Positions 30,885-44,377 of a stretch of 64,000 nucleotides of DNA are shown here, one piece after another (the stretch's first letter is position 1; each line of letters opens with the position of its first letter). The DNA is taken from contig OZ024750.1 in assembly GCA_964016885.1 (NCBI GenBank), positions 20,274,001 through 20,338,000 on the forward strand. Direction: 5' to 3'. The position numbers and the translations under genes are program-made. The notes beneath the pieces are model-generated. The model was not told the DNA's origin. It saw nothing but the letters and a program-made list of their open reading frames with translations, and did no database searches. The stretch is from Eledone cirrhosa. Its lineage: Eukaryota.

Positions 30885-30950
30885 TACTGTGTACTAGTTT
30901 CACCCTTATAAGCCTAATCTAATGTAAGGTAATATATTCATCAGCCAAGC
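30885..30950 (-). ncRNA. degenerate hammerhead-like motif in a PLE-like 3' end abutting (TA)n
   Basis: The minus strand reads CTGATGA ..ACCTTAC..TAAGGGT GAAAC TA GTA. Stem I is poorly paired. Confidence 0.35.
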
Positions 30951-31310
30951 GTTGTTTTAAAAAGGACGCATGCTTTATGGCGTGGATTAAATTGGCAACA
31001 GATGGACGGTTGATAGTTTTGTAAGAACACAAGAAATAGCTCACCAATAAACCTGCCATGTACAACTCATACAAAACGTTGTAGTGAAAAAACAGAAATA
31101 TGAAAAAGCAAAAGTACTATAGATAATTCAATGATTAGCTACAAATATATACCAAATTAAGAGCATTGATTGAGAATATTGTTATTGCGTTTTGAAACAA
31201 GCCACAAAAAAACCCACATTAAAATCATCTCCAACTGGGTTAGTGGTGCTGCTAAAGCCATATTCAACAGTTGAATCACAATGACTACAGAGACCAGAAG
31301 CTGTCGTGTA

Positions 31311-31369
<59 letters not shown>

Positions 31370-31438
31370 ATAATATATATATATAATAATAATATATAAT
31401 ATATATATATATAGTAATAATATATAATATATAGTAAT

Positions 31439-31482
<44 letters not shown>

Positions 31483-31689
31483 TAAAATAACAGATTCAAG
31501 TTTAAGCAAAGAATCGCTGATGTCACCCTTAACGGGATCTTCTGAAACTAACGAACCCAATCTGTAAACGCAGAAGTGAATATTTCAAAAAACGTTGCAA
31601 CCGGAGGAAGCCAGGAAGACTATTTATAGTAAAAGAATGAAAAGTAATATGGTCGGCTGTACAAAAAGGGTTTATTTACAGTATTAACA

Positions 31690-31866
<177 letters not shown>

Positions 31867-31887
31867 GTATACATATGTATATATAAC

Positions 31888-31937
<50 letters not shown>

Positions 31938-32082
31938 TGTGTTGGCTTACAGTGTACTTTCGGTTTTTGATAATATTTGTGTATTATTCAAGTAGCGAGC
32001 TATAGGTAACTCATACACTATAGAAACAATTGTTACCTAATAAATTCTATATACCCGCATTTCCATTTCGTAAATTTTTTCT

Positions 32083-32152
<70 letters not shown>

Positions 32153-32590
32153 ATGTGCGTGTGTGTGTGTGTGCCGTGTGTGTGTATGTGTGTGTGTGTG
32201 TGTAGACATACACATTTCCAATATTATTTACATAATATTTGCTGCCATATCGGATTGTTCCTTTGTGTTTAGATATTTTGTGTATCAATACTGTTGTATC
32301 GTTATCCATGTTAATGCAGTTTATGATAGATATATTTTTTTCACCCTTCCATTAAATGTTTTGAATTCTCTTGTTTTACTTTCCATCGGACTTTCTTTCT
32401 ATAACGCCATAAACAATATTTCATATGGACATGTGTAATAAACACATACATAAACATGCACACACACGCACACACATACACACACACATATATATATATA
32501 TATATACATATATGTATAGGTATATATATATACATATGCATGTATACAAATATATATGTCTTTTTTTTTAAATATATATAATTATTTGTT

Positions 32591-32630
32591 TACTTTACCG
32601 GTTTCGCAGTTTTTCTGCTTCTTAAAAGTA
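32591..32630 (-). ncRNA. hammerhead-like motif with decayed core, paralogue of 43984-44021
   Basis: UACUU-UUAAGAA-GCAG aaaaa CUGC-GAAAC CG GUA-AAGUA. Confidence 0.5.
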
Positions 32631-32662
32631 GAATTGAGATGGAAGATTTGTGGTTTCTCTCA

Positions 32663-32765
<103 letters not shown>

Positions 32766-32811
32766 TACATATATATATGTATATACGTATACATGTATAT
32801 ATATATACACA

Positions 32812-33167
<356 letters not shown>

Positions 33168-33228
33168 TAAGCCCTGTTACCTACATAGTTCACTCTTTTT
33201 TCCTGGACTTTTCCGACGGAATTACTTC

Positions 33229-33269
<41 letters not shown>

Positions 33270-33273
<4 letters not shown>

Positions 33274-33638
33274 AAGGAAAAGCGAAGTAGTTTCAGATGT
33301 TCAAGTCTTTTAATAATAATGGTGTGATATATATTTCAATGACGACAGTGGCCACACTGTTCCGTGCGCCAGTGCCCACACTCTTCCGTGCGCCAGTGCC
33401 GCGGTGGATTGGCAGCATCGGTAGAGAGTCGGACACCATGCTTTGAAGCATCGAGTTATGTCCCTTTATGATCTGAGTTCAAATCCCGCCGAGGTTACCT
33501 TTGCCTTTCATCCTTACCGGGTCCATAAAATAAAGTAACAGTAATACACTGGAATAATTGCTGGCCTTGTGCCAAAAGTAGAAACAATTATTATTAAAAG
33601 ACTTGAACATCTGAAACTACTTCGCTTTTCCTTATTCG
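33270..33638. repeat. perfect 50 bp inverted repeat enclosing a SINE
   Basis: AATAAGGAAAAGCGAAGTAGTTTCAGATGTTCAAGTCTTTTAATAATAAT, with its reverse complement at about 33588-33637. Confidence 0.9.
33401..33596 (+). mobile_element. tRNA-derived SINE, family A
   Basis: Full family A pattern. Confidence 0.9.
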
Positions 33639-33736
33639 ATATGTACTCCGCCACTCCTATATATATATACATATATATACATATGAATATGTGTTTATAT
33701 ATATATAGATTTATGTATATATAAATATATATATGC

Positions 33737-33908
<172 letters not shown>

Positions 33909-34204
33909 GTGTGTGTGTGTGTTTGTAAATATTTCGCTTCTATTATATATACATCCATGTATGTCTGTGAGCCTATTTGCATTTACATGTTCTAGATATA
34001 TACGCAAAGCCACTCCACTGTGCTCAGTTGCTATGGATTTCTTCTTCATAAACCCTTGTCTTCTTTTTTTTCCCGGTGTGGTTCTGGGGAGGCCACCAGG
34101 TGGCACCCCATTTGCTCACCATACGGAGAGATGCGGAGGATGACAGTGAGAGTTTGGCTGTTCTGTCATGTTTACTTAGGTTATTATTTTCCATTATTTC
34201 TGTC

Positions 34205-34393
34205 GTGAATTGTCAGTATCGGTAGAGGGTCGGATGCCATGCTTTGACGCATAGAGCAACGGCCCTTGCCATTCTGAGTTCAAATCCCGCCGAGGTTAAC
34301 TTTGCCTTTCATCCTTACGGGGTCGATAAATTAAAGTACCAGTAATGCACTGGTAAATTGCTGGCCTTGTGCCAATAGTAGAAACAATTATTT
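34205..34393 (+). mobile_element. tRNA-derived SINE, family A
   Basis: Full family A pattern. Confidence 0.9.
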
Positions 34394-34846
34394 ATGTCAC
34401 CTTACTGCTATCCTCTTTCACCCCCCCCCCCCTTTTCTCTCCTTGTACCTCTTGATTTCAATCACCCCTCTGCTGGACACCCACTTTCTCGCTTGGCCTC
34501 TTCCTCACACTTTCACTCACTCACTCTCTGCTACTCCCCATCTCACAATTCCTCCCGTCTGACATGTGTGAAATTCTTTCTCTCTCACGTTTCGCTTGTC
34601 TCGGACGTGTCTGACACTTCTCGTCATTTGATATGTTCGGACTTGAGCCCACAAGATTCATTTGTTGACTCTCTTTTCCTCTCTTTTCGTTTCATTACTA
34701 CTGTTTACTTTTTTCGTTCGCTCTGTCCCGATAACTTAATTTAGTTATCACTCGCATTGAATGTAGGTATCTAGTCTTTAATGCGAAGAAATACCAATGA
34801 TAGTCAGCAGACTACTGAAGGAACGTCGTGCCTCGGTCTATTTTCA

Positions 34847-34904
<58 letters not shown>

Positions 34905-34910
<6 letters not shown>

Positions 34911-35605
34911 TAAACGGAATAGAAAATGCTGACAAATTGTTCATAGTTGAAAAAAGGTTTAATTGGGAATAAAAGAGTATTAGTGATTGTATGGGTTAGT
35001 ATTCAGTTGTGGTTTTAAGTTTTTAAGTTTTTACCGGTTGCGCATTTCTAAATGCTTTTCAAAAATAATTTTGAGATAGAGTGTCCGTGCTGTTTGCTCT
35101 GATAATAATGATGGCTGCCCGTTGCAAATGGTGGTGCATATGAAAAAGTAAGTCCTTCATCAGTGACCCTCCAACCGTCCCAGGCATTTCATCGCTTTAA
35201 GGGCCATATGCCTCAGGTTGGTGCGAACAACGGCTAAAAAAAGTCGTTGGGACACGTAAATAAAGGGGACGTTAGGGTAACAAACAAAATGGTTTAAGCA
35301 ACGGAAAGTGAGAAGAAATAGACAAGTCCCAGATCTCTATGAATATAAACTCGGTGAAATCGTGAACAAGAGACAAAAGACCATCAAACCTGGAAATGTG
35401 AGCATATATATATATATATATATATTGGTAAACGGAAAAGAAAATGCTGACAAATTGTTCACAGTGAAAAATAGTTTAATTAGGAATAAGTGAGAATTAG
35501 TATTGGTTAGTATTCAGTTTTGGTTTTAAGTTTTACCGGTTGCGCATTTCTAATGCTTTTCAAAAATAATTTTGAGATAGAGCGTCCGTGATGTTTGCTC
35601 TGATC
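34905..35605 (-). mobile_element. two direct copies (34905-35104 and 35424-35604) of a PLE-like 3' end, each with a variant hammerhead-like motif
   Basis: About 190 bp direct repeat whose 3' ends (minus strand) abut (TA)n. The motif is UUGAAAA-GCAU..AUGC-GCAAC CG GUA. Confidence 0.65.
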
Positions 35606-37056
35606 TATATATATATGTTTGTTAAACTCGAAAATGTTAACACAACACTGGTAAATATTTTACTCAAACACACACATGACTTGACAAGTTACTAGTTATT
35701 AGATTAATTTATAAGTTACTGTGTTGCTAACTTGAGAAACTAAAATTTGATAAATAATCCTTAACTGATCTATGATGGATAATTTAGCGAATCCATCTTA
35801 TTGGCATTACACGGCTTACTTGCGTTCGTTTTTATGCAAATACTGTAGGATTGACATGCCAGTATTCGCAAAACGCTCTCAAGAATCGTGTGTAATGTTA
35901 ATCTAAGTGACCGTTTCTGTGAAATGCATAATTAAACTAACTCACATGATTTACTTATTAAAGAAAAATATTGATTAATAGCTTTGTATGGGCGATCACA
36001 AGAATGAGTACTTAATATTAGTGCAGAGATTAATATATAATTCGTGGTTATTAAAATCTAGTTAGTGTAATGTATCTTCTGAGTATAGTGTCATGAGGTG
36101 AGAACGCAGGACTAAAAACTTCGACTTAGCTATGATGCAGAACTTAGTTATAATTTGACGTCATGAAATAAAAGAAATGTAAAGTTTAAAAAACTGCATA
36201 TCATCAATATATGCACAGTCAACCGATTGTGACAAAAACATTAAACTAAGAATAACAAATTGACTCATAATTCGAATAGACAGAATTCCCTACCCAACAA
36301 AAAGCATGATAAATGAGCAACTGAATTAATAAAATATGACCATGCGTCAATTGATTATCACATTAATTATTATTATTGTTATTATTATCATTACTTTTAT
36401 TTTTTTTTGTTTTATTACTCTTTCATTTTCATCGATTACGTTATCTACATTTTCTTTTATATTTTATGATTTACGTTATGGTTTTACTAATTTTAACTTA
36501 TTTTTTGTGCGCATTGACTCTTTTCATATTCGATGTAATTTTATTTCGATGTATTTCATATAAATTTATCAATAACTGCAATAAATGAAATGTTCAAAGG
36601 AATCAGTGTTTATCATCTATGTAATTCTTTCTCTGATCAGATCGATAACACAAACATGTATTTTGAGCTGATTTTAGTAGTTTTCAGAGTTGGAAATGTA
36701 GAAGGTATATAGGTTGTTAGGTTGGTAGGAAGAATGTAATGTTGGAGATATTTGAGGGGAATAATATATAATTACTGACCGTGTTAAACTTGAGAGAATT
36801 AAATAATGTAGCTAGACAAATTTATACGAAAAATATCAGCATATGTATATGAATAGTGATAATCCAGTATAATACGACACTCATTAAACCAAAGAGAAAG
36901 AGTATTAGATAGATCGGTGGATAGATACACGTAGAAACAGAAAGTGGTATACATGTGTATATGAGCATATATTCAAATGCTACACACATGTATATACATA
37001 CATCTACACACAGAGATATGTATAAAGAAATATATATTAATATATATAAATATATA

Positions 37057-37318
37057 TATAATAACTAGAAATGTATTAACATATAAATATACATATGAAA
37101 CACTCACAGGGTATACTTTTTACTAGTGTGTAAGCACACATAGCGAGGTAGGTAACTAAATAAAGTTAACTAGAACTTCAAAAATTATAAGATATCTATT
37201 TTTGAAGTTCTAGTTAACTTTATTTAGTTACCTACCTAGCTATGTGTGCTTACACACTTGTAAAAAGTATCCCCTGTGATGTGTTTATTTATATGTTAAT
37301 CAATTTCTAGTTATTATA
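37057..37318. repeat. fold-back hairpin (about 125 bp arms)
   Basis: ..GTAGGTAACTAAATAAAGTTAACTAGAACTTCAAAAAT pairs with ATTTTTGAAGTTCTAGTTAACTTTATTTAGTTACCTACC... The left end is in a TA-rich tract. Confidence 0.9.
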
Positions 37319-37492
37319 AAATGCTCGGACCTATTCATTAGAATCTTGGAGCTTATTTTACGGGTGATATGGCGCATGCTTTTGTGGCATGACACCCATC
37401 AGGTTAATTTAGATTAAATTCATTTTGATTTATCTTAATTTTGGATAGAGATATATAAATATAGATATATATATTATATATAAATATATATA

Positions 37493-37601
<109 letters not shown>

Positions 37602-37831
37602 TAATAGATCGGAGGCCATATTCAGTTGATTCAGGTTTATTTAAAACTCAGGTATATATATTTGCCTGAGGAATACCAGTTAACATAGTGTTAGCTTTTC
37701 AGATGGCAAAACATAAAATAAACATTGAGGTTCTTAATGAACCCATAAATTCGTAAAAACCCAATGATTTCACCGAAACAGCTTTTGTTTCGGCCGGCCG
37801 AACGTATGGTGTTGTGACTTCGACAGCCGAT

Positions 37832-37872
<41 letters not shown>

Positions 37873-37900
37873 TTGTTATACTTTGGGAGGGTCAAAAACC

Positions 37901-37947
<47 letters not shown>

Positions 37948-38538
37948 TATATTTACGCAAACTGTTTTCTGAGGGAGAGATCTGCCTAGTCGGGTAATCA
38001 GAGTGGCCCTTTAAATACTAGATACTTACGATTCACTGGATATCCAAACAGTTTGCATCTGCACAATTCCTTTTGGAATAACCCAAGCATGTGGAAATTG
38101 ACACCTGCCAAGTATTCTACACACGGGGATCGAACCAAGAACCTAATGCTTAAGAAGTGGCCTTCAAATCCATCGAGTAATCTCCGTCTACATTCCATTT
38201 GTAGTCAATAAAAAATAAAAATTTCTAGCTTTATCACGTATAGAAAATATATATTAGATTGTGTTTCGCTTATATATTGCAAGTGTACCTACACCACCGT
38301 CGTTTCGGTGATACGCCATGAAGCCAAGTAGTGTTAGTTGGAAAACATTGTTAAGTTAATTAGAATTAATGACTCAGTTTATTAAGTATATGATAGGAGA
38401 ATATTTTTAAAATATTGAAATTGACGAGATACATTTACTCCTTTTGCAAATACTGTTATACTAAGTGATTAAGGGAGATTTACTGAATAAATAACATTGG
38501 TTGGAATATAATTAAAACTACATATTGATTAATCTTCA

Positions 38539-38612
<74 letters not shown>

Positions 38613-39654
38613 GATATTAAATAAATGGAAACTATATTTATAAAACCATATTTATTTCATTATATATATTTCAGGGATATCATATTAACAATATGTTATG
38701 CCTTCTTCAGACAAAATACAATATAGACAGTTTTATAGATAAATAGATTTGACATACCGTTCAACATCGACTTGTATTTGATAAAGTTAATTTGGCAGTG
38801 AAAAATTGTAAACAGAAAGGTAGAAAGAAAGAAAGAAGGAAAGAAGGAAAGAAAGAAAGAAAACGAAGAAAAAGAAGAAAAAAGAAGAAATGCATGCAAC
38901 AAAATAGAGAGATGGAAAGATAGATAAAGAGAAGAACTTCATGTAAAGAAACAGAGAGAGATATATAGAGAGAGGAAATAGATAGAGATAGATATATATA
39001 TAGAGAAAAGTAGGTAGTTGAACATCCGTTGAATGACGTATCAATGATACATTTATTTATTTATTTATTTATTTATCTCTAGTATTAATGTAAGGGAGAT
39101 ATATGTGGTTAGGAAAGAAACCAGCCGTTATATAGAGAGAAAAATGAAAAGTAACCAGACATAGGCTAGGCAGAATTTAAATATTTACTAGTTGTAACCC
39201 AACAATTTAAATATAACTTTCCATATATATATATATATGTATTTATGTATATATATATATGTATTTATACGTGTATGTATGCATGTATAAAATGATATAT
39301 ACCAACACATACACACATATATATATATATATATACATATATATACGGATATATAATTAATTCATATTAGCTAGCAAACCTAACATTTGGAAATTAATCG
39401 CTAGTTACTAATATTATTGCACAATATACTTTAAGCTGCTGTGCATTATATTCCCTTATGTTAGTGTCCAGCAGGAATGAGAAGCGTGACGCAATATAGG
39501 ATGCATCACGCTCATAAAAAAAAGGAATTTATATTTATTGACAAAATGAAAAACTAGAAACATACGACCCAGCAAAAGTAAGAAATAAGAAAGATTTATG
39601 TGAGGTAATTGCATGAAAAATGGTTTTAGATGTCACGCAAATGTAGTGATAATA

Positions 39655-39815
39655 TGTCCCACTCCGCCCGAATTATGAGTTGAATTTGAATAAATTTCTG
39701 ATTGGTTATTCGGTGGAATAGCCCATGCCCAACCACACCGATAAGTTAATACACAAAAAAGTGTATATTCCGAACGCATTTATTGAATTTTATGTTTATG
39801 GGAAATTACATTAAA

Positions 39816-39862
<47 letters not shown>

Positions 39863-40010
39863 AGAGATTTAACTCTAACATAACTTTGTATATGAGATAC
39901 GTAATTTTTTTTATATCTAAGGATATGCGATTTGTTTTTAAATGAACATTTTGAAAGCCACCAGTTATGAATTTGAAAGGTGATAGCGTAGCACCATCTA
40001 GTGTTCTAAC
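39655..40010. promoter_or_regulatory. possible regulatory island (GC box, CCAAT box, CTCF-like site)
   Basis: CTCCGCCC (about 39662), CTGATTGGTT (about 39698) and GCACCATCTAGTG (about 39991). These are short motifs only. Confidence 0.25.
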
Positions 40011-40449
40011 AGAAGATAAGAATGGGCAGCTAGTGATGTTGGCGTCATCATGTCTGACTCTGCTCGTTTTCAAGGTACCGCTCCCTGACCCGCCTACTGC
40101 TGGAATTTAATATCAGTTAAAACATATAGTTGAGAAGCCGTGGTTGATGGGCTGATAGATAGAAAGATAGATAGATATATAGATATGTTTCTTTTATTTG
40201 CCACTAGGGCATCAAAAGTGGGACAAGTACAAAGGGGGGAGTTTACACAAAAAGGCGTCCTCAATAAGGAGGAGGCAATAACAAAATATAAAAATAAAAT
40301 AAGATATAACAAAAAATAAAATTTTTAACAAAATCCTCAATAGAGAGGAGGCGCCTTGGGGGGTCGCACACACCCCCGAAAAAAGTGTGCAACCCTTTTC
40401 CTCAGGAGCACAGAGAGGGGGTGCTCCCTCGTTCCTTCCTCTTTTCCAC

Positions 40450-41682
40450 CTACAGGCTTATGTAAAGAGAAGGCCCATTCACACGGGCCATTCTCGCCAC
40501 TTTCACCCACCTTTCATAAAAACGACTGGGGTGCAGCACCTCTCTCTCCATCCTGATCCTTCTTCCGAAATGATATCGGAAGAAACGGATCAGTTGTTGG
40601 CCAGAGAGAAAGGTGCCTGACCTCAGTCCTTTCAGACGCGTCCACCATACAACCTCTTTCGCCATGGCTATTACGCACAGAAACACCGCCTCTGCTTCAT
40701 CTTTGAAGGGGGGAGGCGGCTTGATCATTACAATAGACTCGGTGGTCAACCGGATCGGTCCCACCCTTGACAGCAGTTGTTCGACATAGCCCCACAGATC
40801 GGCTACGCCCGAGCAGTGTACCAATGCGTGTGCAATGGTTTCCTCGTCGCACACGCATCTGGGACAGATCTTTTTGGCGGGGTCCCTACCCGGGCGCCCG
40901 TGTCTGTAGAGCCTTTCTCGAACGGGTAAAGCCCCTCGGTAGCACTGCCAGGCCAGGGACTTCTGGAAGTTGTCCATAGGTCCCGGGCTGAATGTCCTAC
41001 CGAACAGGCTGGCCAGTTCGTCCTCCTCCATGTCTAGGGCTTCTCCGAGGGCGTCGTCGCACCTGCTGCGTACCAGCCCTCTATAGAATGTTGCGGTGGA
41101 GTCTCCACTGATAACCGGATCCGCCTGCCAGAGGGCGGTGAGCGCCTGGGCACACTCAGTGTGCCAGGCGCCCAGTTTTCTCGGTCTTTGCTTGACCCAG
41201 GATTGCAGCTCGATGAGTGAGACGAGTCTGGGAAAGGTTCGTCTCACAAACGAGGCCCACACCGGTTGTCCGGTGAGGAATACGTAGAGGTGCCGTAGCC
41301 TTAATGCGTGTTTACGCATCATTAGCCACGGCATCCCCAGCCCTCCTTTCGAAGGGTGTTGACAGCAGATGGATCTCCTCACCATAGGAGCCCGCCTCTT
41401 CCAAAGGAATTGGAAGAGCGCGCGCTCCATCTTGGTGAGGGTTTCCCTTGGGCAGGGCACTACGGTCAGGCGGTAGTAGATGACGGACGCTATATAAGTG
41501 TTCGCCACCTCCGCCCGACCTTTCAGGGATAGTTTGCAACTGGCCCACTTCTGGGTCAGTGCAAACAGCCTGTTCGTAACCTCCGCCCAGTTTTTCTCCA
41601 CCTGGAGGTCCGGTCCGAACCAGACCCCGAGCAACTTCACCGGGCCCTCCGTCCAGCGTCCGACGACGCCATCGGAGGGCAT
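40450..41682 (-). pseudogene. ORF2 C-terminal part (thumb and zinc finger)
   Basis: VKLLGVWF, LSLKGRAEVAN, GGLGMP and CPRCVCDEETIAHALVHC. Confidence 0.9.
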
Positions 41683-43319
41683 CGGTCTGCCCCTCCACGT
41701 GCCGACTTGTCCCGGTTCAGCTTAGCCCCTGTGAACTTTTCGTACTCCTCCAGTAAGGTGCCGACCGCCTCGATTTCGGAGGCCGTCGACACCATTACTG
41801 TCACATCATCGGCGTAGGCCGACACCGCTTTCCGCAATCCCGGTTCCAAAGGGATGCCCTGCAACAACTCCAACTTCCGCAGTAGTGGCTCGAGAGTCAA
41901 CACATACAGAAGGGAGGAGAGAGGGCACCCTTGTCGGATGGACCGCGCGATTTTGAACGGCTCCGAGAGGTAGCCGTTCACCTTGACCCTAGAGCAGATG
42001 CGGCTGCTGTGCATAGCAGTGATCCAGCCCCTGAAAACGGGTCCGAAGCCTGCCGCCGCTAGCACCGCATCCAGGTAACCATGGTCGACCCTATCGAACG
42101 CCTTAGATTGATCCAAGTTGATCAGAGCCCCACCAAAGCCGGGTTCGTTCCCAACCCTCTCTATGATGTATCGCATGAGGTGGAGGTTGTCATGGATGGA
42201 CCTGGACGGGATAGCGCATGTCTGCGCATCTCCCACCAGGTAGCCCACGACAAGCGCCAACCTCTTTGCTAGCACCTTGGCCAAAATCTGTAACTCTGTA
42301 TTTAGCAGAGTTATGGGCCTGAAGTTACTTATTTCGTCCCCCTTGTTCTCGTCCTTCCTCACTAGCGTGACTACGCCCTTGGTCACAGTACGGGGAATTC
42401 TCCCGTTCTGTTGCCAGTTGCAGTAGACCGCCTCGAGGAGATCGGGGAACAAGTCCGGCATAGCTAGATATAATTCGTAAGGAAGACCATCGAGACCCGG
42501 GGATTTGCGTTTGCCGCATTGGCTCAGCACGTCCTCTATCTCAGCGGCCGAAATCGGCTCCTCGCAGGACTTCGCCTCCCTGTCCGAGAGGCGCGGCAGG
42601 CCGTCGAGGTATGGACCGAAGTCCAGGTTCCCAACCGGCTCCCCGCCCCTCCCGAACAGTCGGGCAAAGTGCCTTTGAAAGGCCTCACACATCTGCTTAG
42701 GCCCAAGAATCGCCCGTCCATCCAGGTCTCGCAAAGACCGGATGGTGGATTTAGTTCCACTGTTGGCCTCTGTCACGCGGGCCCAGCTAACAGCTTTGGC
42801 CCCCTCGTTCCCTAGAGCACGTATTTTACTTCGGACAACGCAGCCTTTGTGCTTCGCGTCGAAAAACTGGCTCAAAGCCGTTCTCGACGCTAGCACTCTG
42901 GCCACGTCGCCGCTTCTAATTGCCTCTTCTACTCTATCTATTAGCTCCCTTTCCTTCCTATTCCTATCCGCAGCTAGAACCTTACTAAATTCAATCGAGA
43001 CTACTCTAATCTCTCTCTTTAGAGATACCCACCACCTGCTGTTGACGATCGCTCCAGTCAACCGTTCCTTAACTAACGTACTAATCTTATTCCTGTAGGC
43101 TCTACTTGCCGGCAAGGACAAGTTGATCTTCCAGTAACCGGGGCCCTGTCTATGCGTTCTATCAAGGTTGACCATGCAGGTCACCAACTTGTGGTCTGAA
43201 TAGCCAACCATGAGCATTTCTGGACAACTTAAAAAGTCCCTGTCCTTATTTCTAACTAAAAATCTATCTAGGTACGATCTAGATGATCCGCTGCGATTTG
43301 ACCAAGACCAGGTTGGCAC
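41637..43319 (-). pseudogene. ORF2, APE C-terminus plus reverse transcriptase
   Basis: KSPGLDGLP, FRPITLLNTE, LDQSKAFDRVDH, IRQGCPLS and AYADDV motifs. The frame shifts near 41700. Confidence 0.93.
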
Positions 43320-43724
43320 CGTCGGAAAATCTAGTCGAAATCTATCGGCCAGGTCAAATCGGCCGAGTAACCCCTTGAGGCTGTTGCATCCCTCTCTATC
43401 GGGACATGCCCCTGCATAGTCCCAACGTGCATCCAGGATGCCATTCCAATCCCCCTAGAAAAGACTCCATATATATATATGGAGAAAAGATGAATATAAA
43501 ATGAAAGTGCTTTTATAAAGGAATGTATTAGGTATTGACATATGTTTCTGTAACAGACGGAATACCTATGTATCGCTGCTTGCGTAATCATATAATGTTA
43601 GCAAGTATTCGATAGCAAATATATAATCAGTTGTCACTTCTTCAGAGATATTGGATAAATTGGAAAAAAATCAGAAATATTTAAGTATTTATATTATCAC
43701 TACATTATTGATAACCTGAAATTT

Positions 43725-44095
<371 letters not shown>

Positions 44096-44120
44096 ATAAA
44101 TATATATATATATATATATT

Positions 44121-44341
44121 GGTGAAGGCGTGTGGCTGAGTGGTTAGAGAATTGGATTCGCAAGCGTAAGGTTGTGAGTTCGATTCCTGGACCAGGCGAT
44201 GCGTTATGTCCTTGAGCAAGACACTTTATTTCACGTTGCTCCTTCTACCTGGAGTTGCGACCGATAGATAGTATTAGCAATTGGAAAGACCAACGGAAAC
44301 ATTGTTCCCTCGGTCCGATTTGACGAAAGTCGATCGTTTCA
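44121..44341 (+). mobile_element. CORE-type SINE, family B1
   Basis: tRNA-like head with TGGCTGAGTGGTTAG and GAGTTCGATTCC boxes, then CORE-like TGTCCTTGAGCAAGACACT. Confidence 0.87.
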
Positions 44342-44343
44342 AA

Positions 44344-44377
<34 letters not shown>

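Larger units (their letters stand above)
40185..43468 (-). mobile_element. 5'-truncated Tx1/L1-clade non-LTR retrotransposon
   Basis: GC-rich island with the APE C-terminus (GDWN-like, YLDRFLV, SDH), RT and C-terminal CCHC finger. The 3' UTR ends AAATAAAAGAAAC followed by TATC-like repeats, and the 5' end abuts (TA)n. Confidence 0.95.

Noticed and set aside
37945-38195. tRNA-like segment (GGTTCGATCCCC on minus) with a downstream CTGATTA..GAAAAC
   Set aside because: No complete cloverleaf and the ribozyme core is broken. It is likely a decayed SINE, not a tRNA gene or ribozyme.
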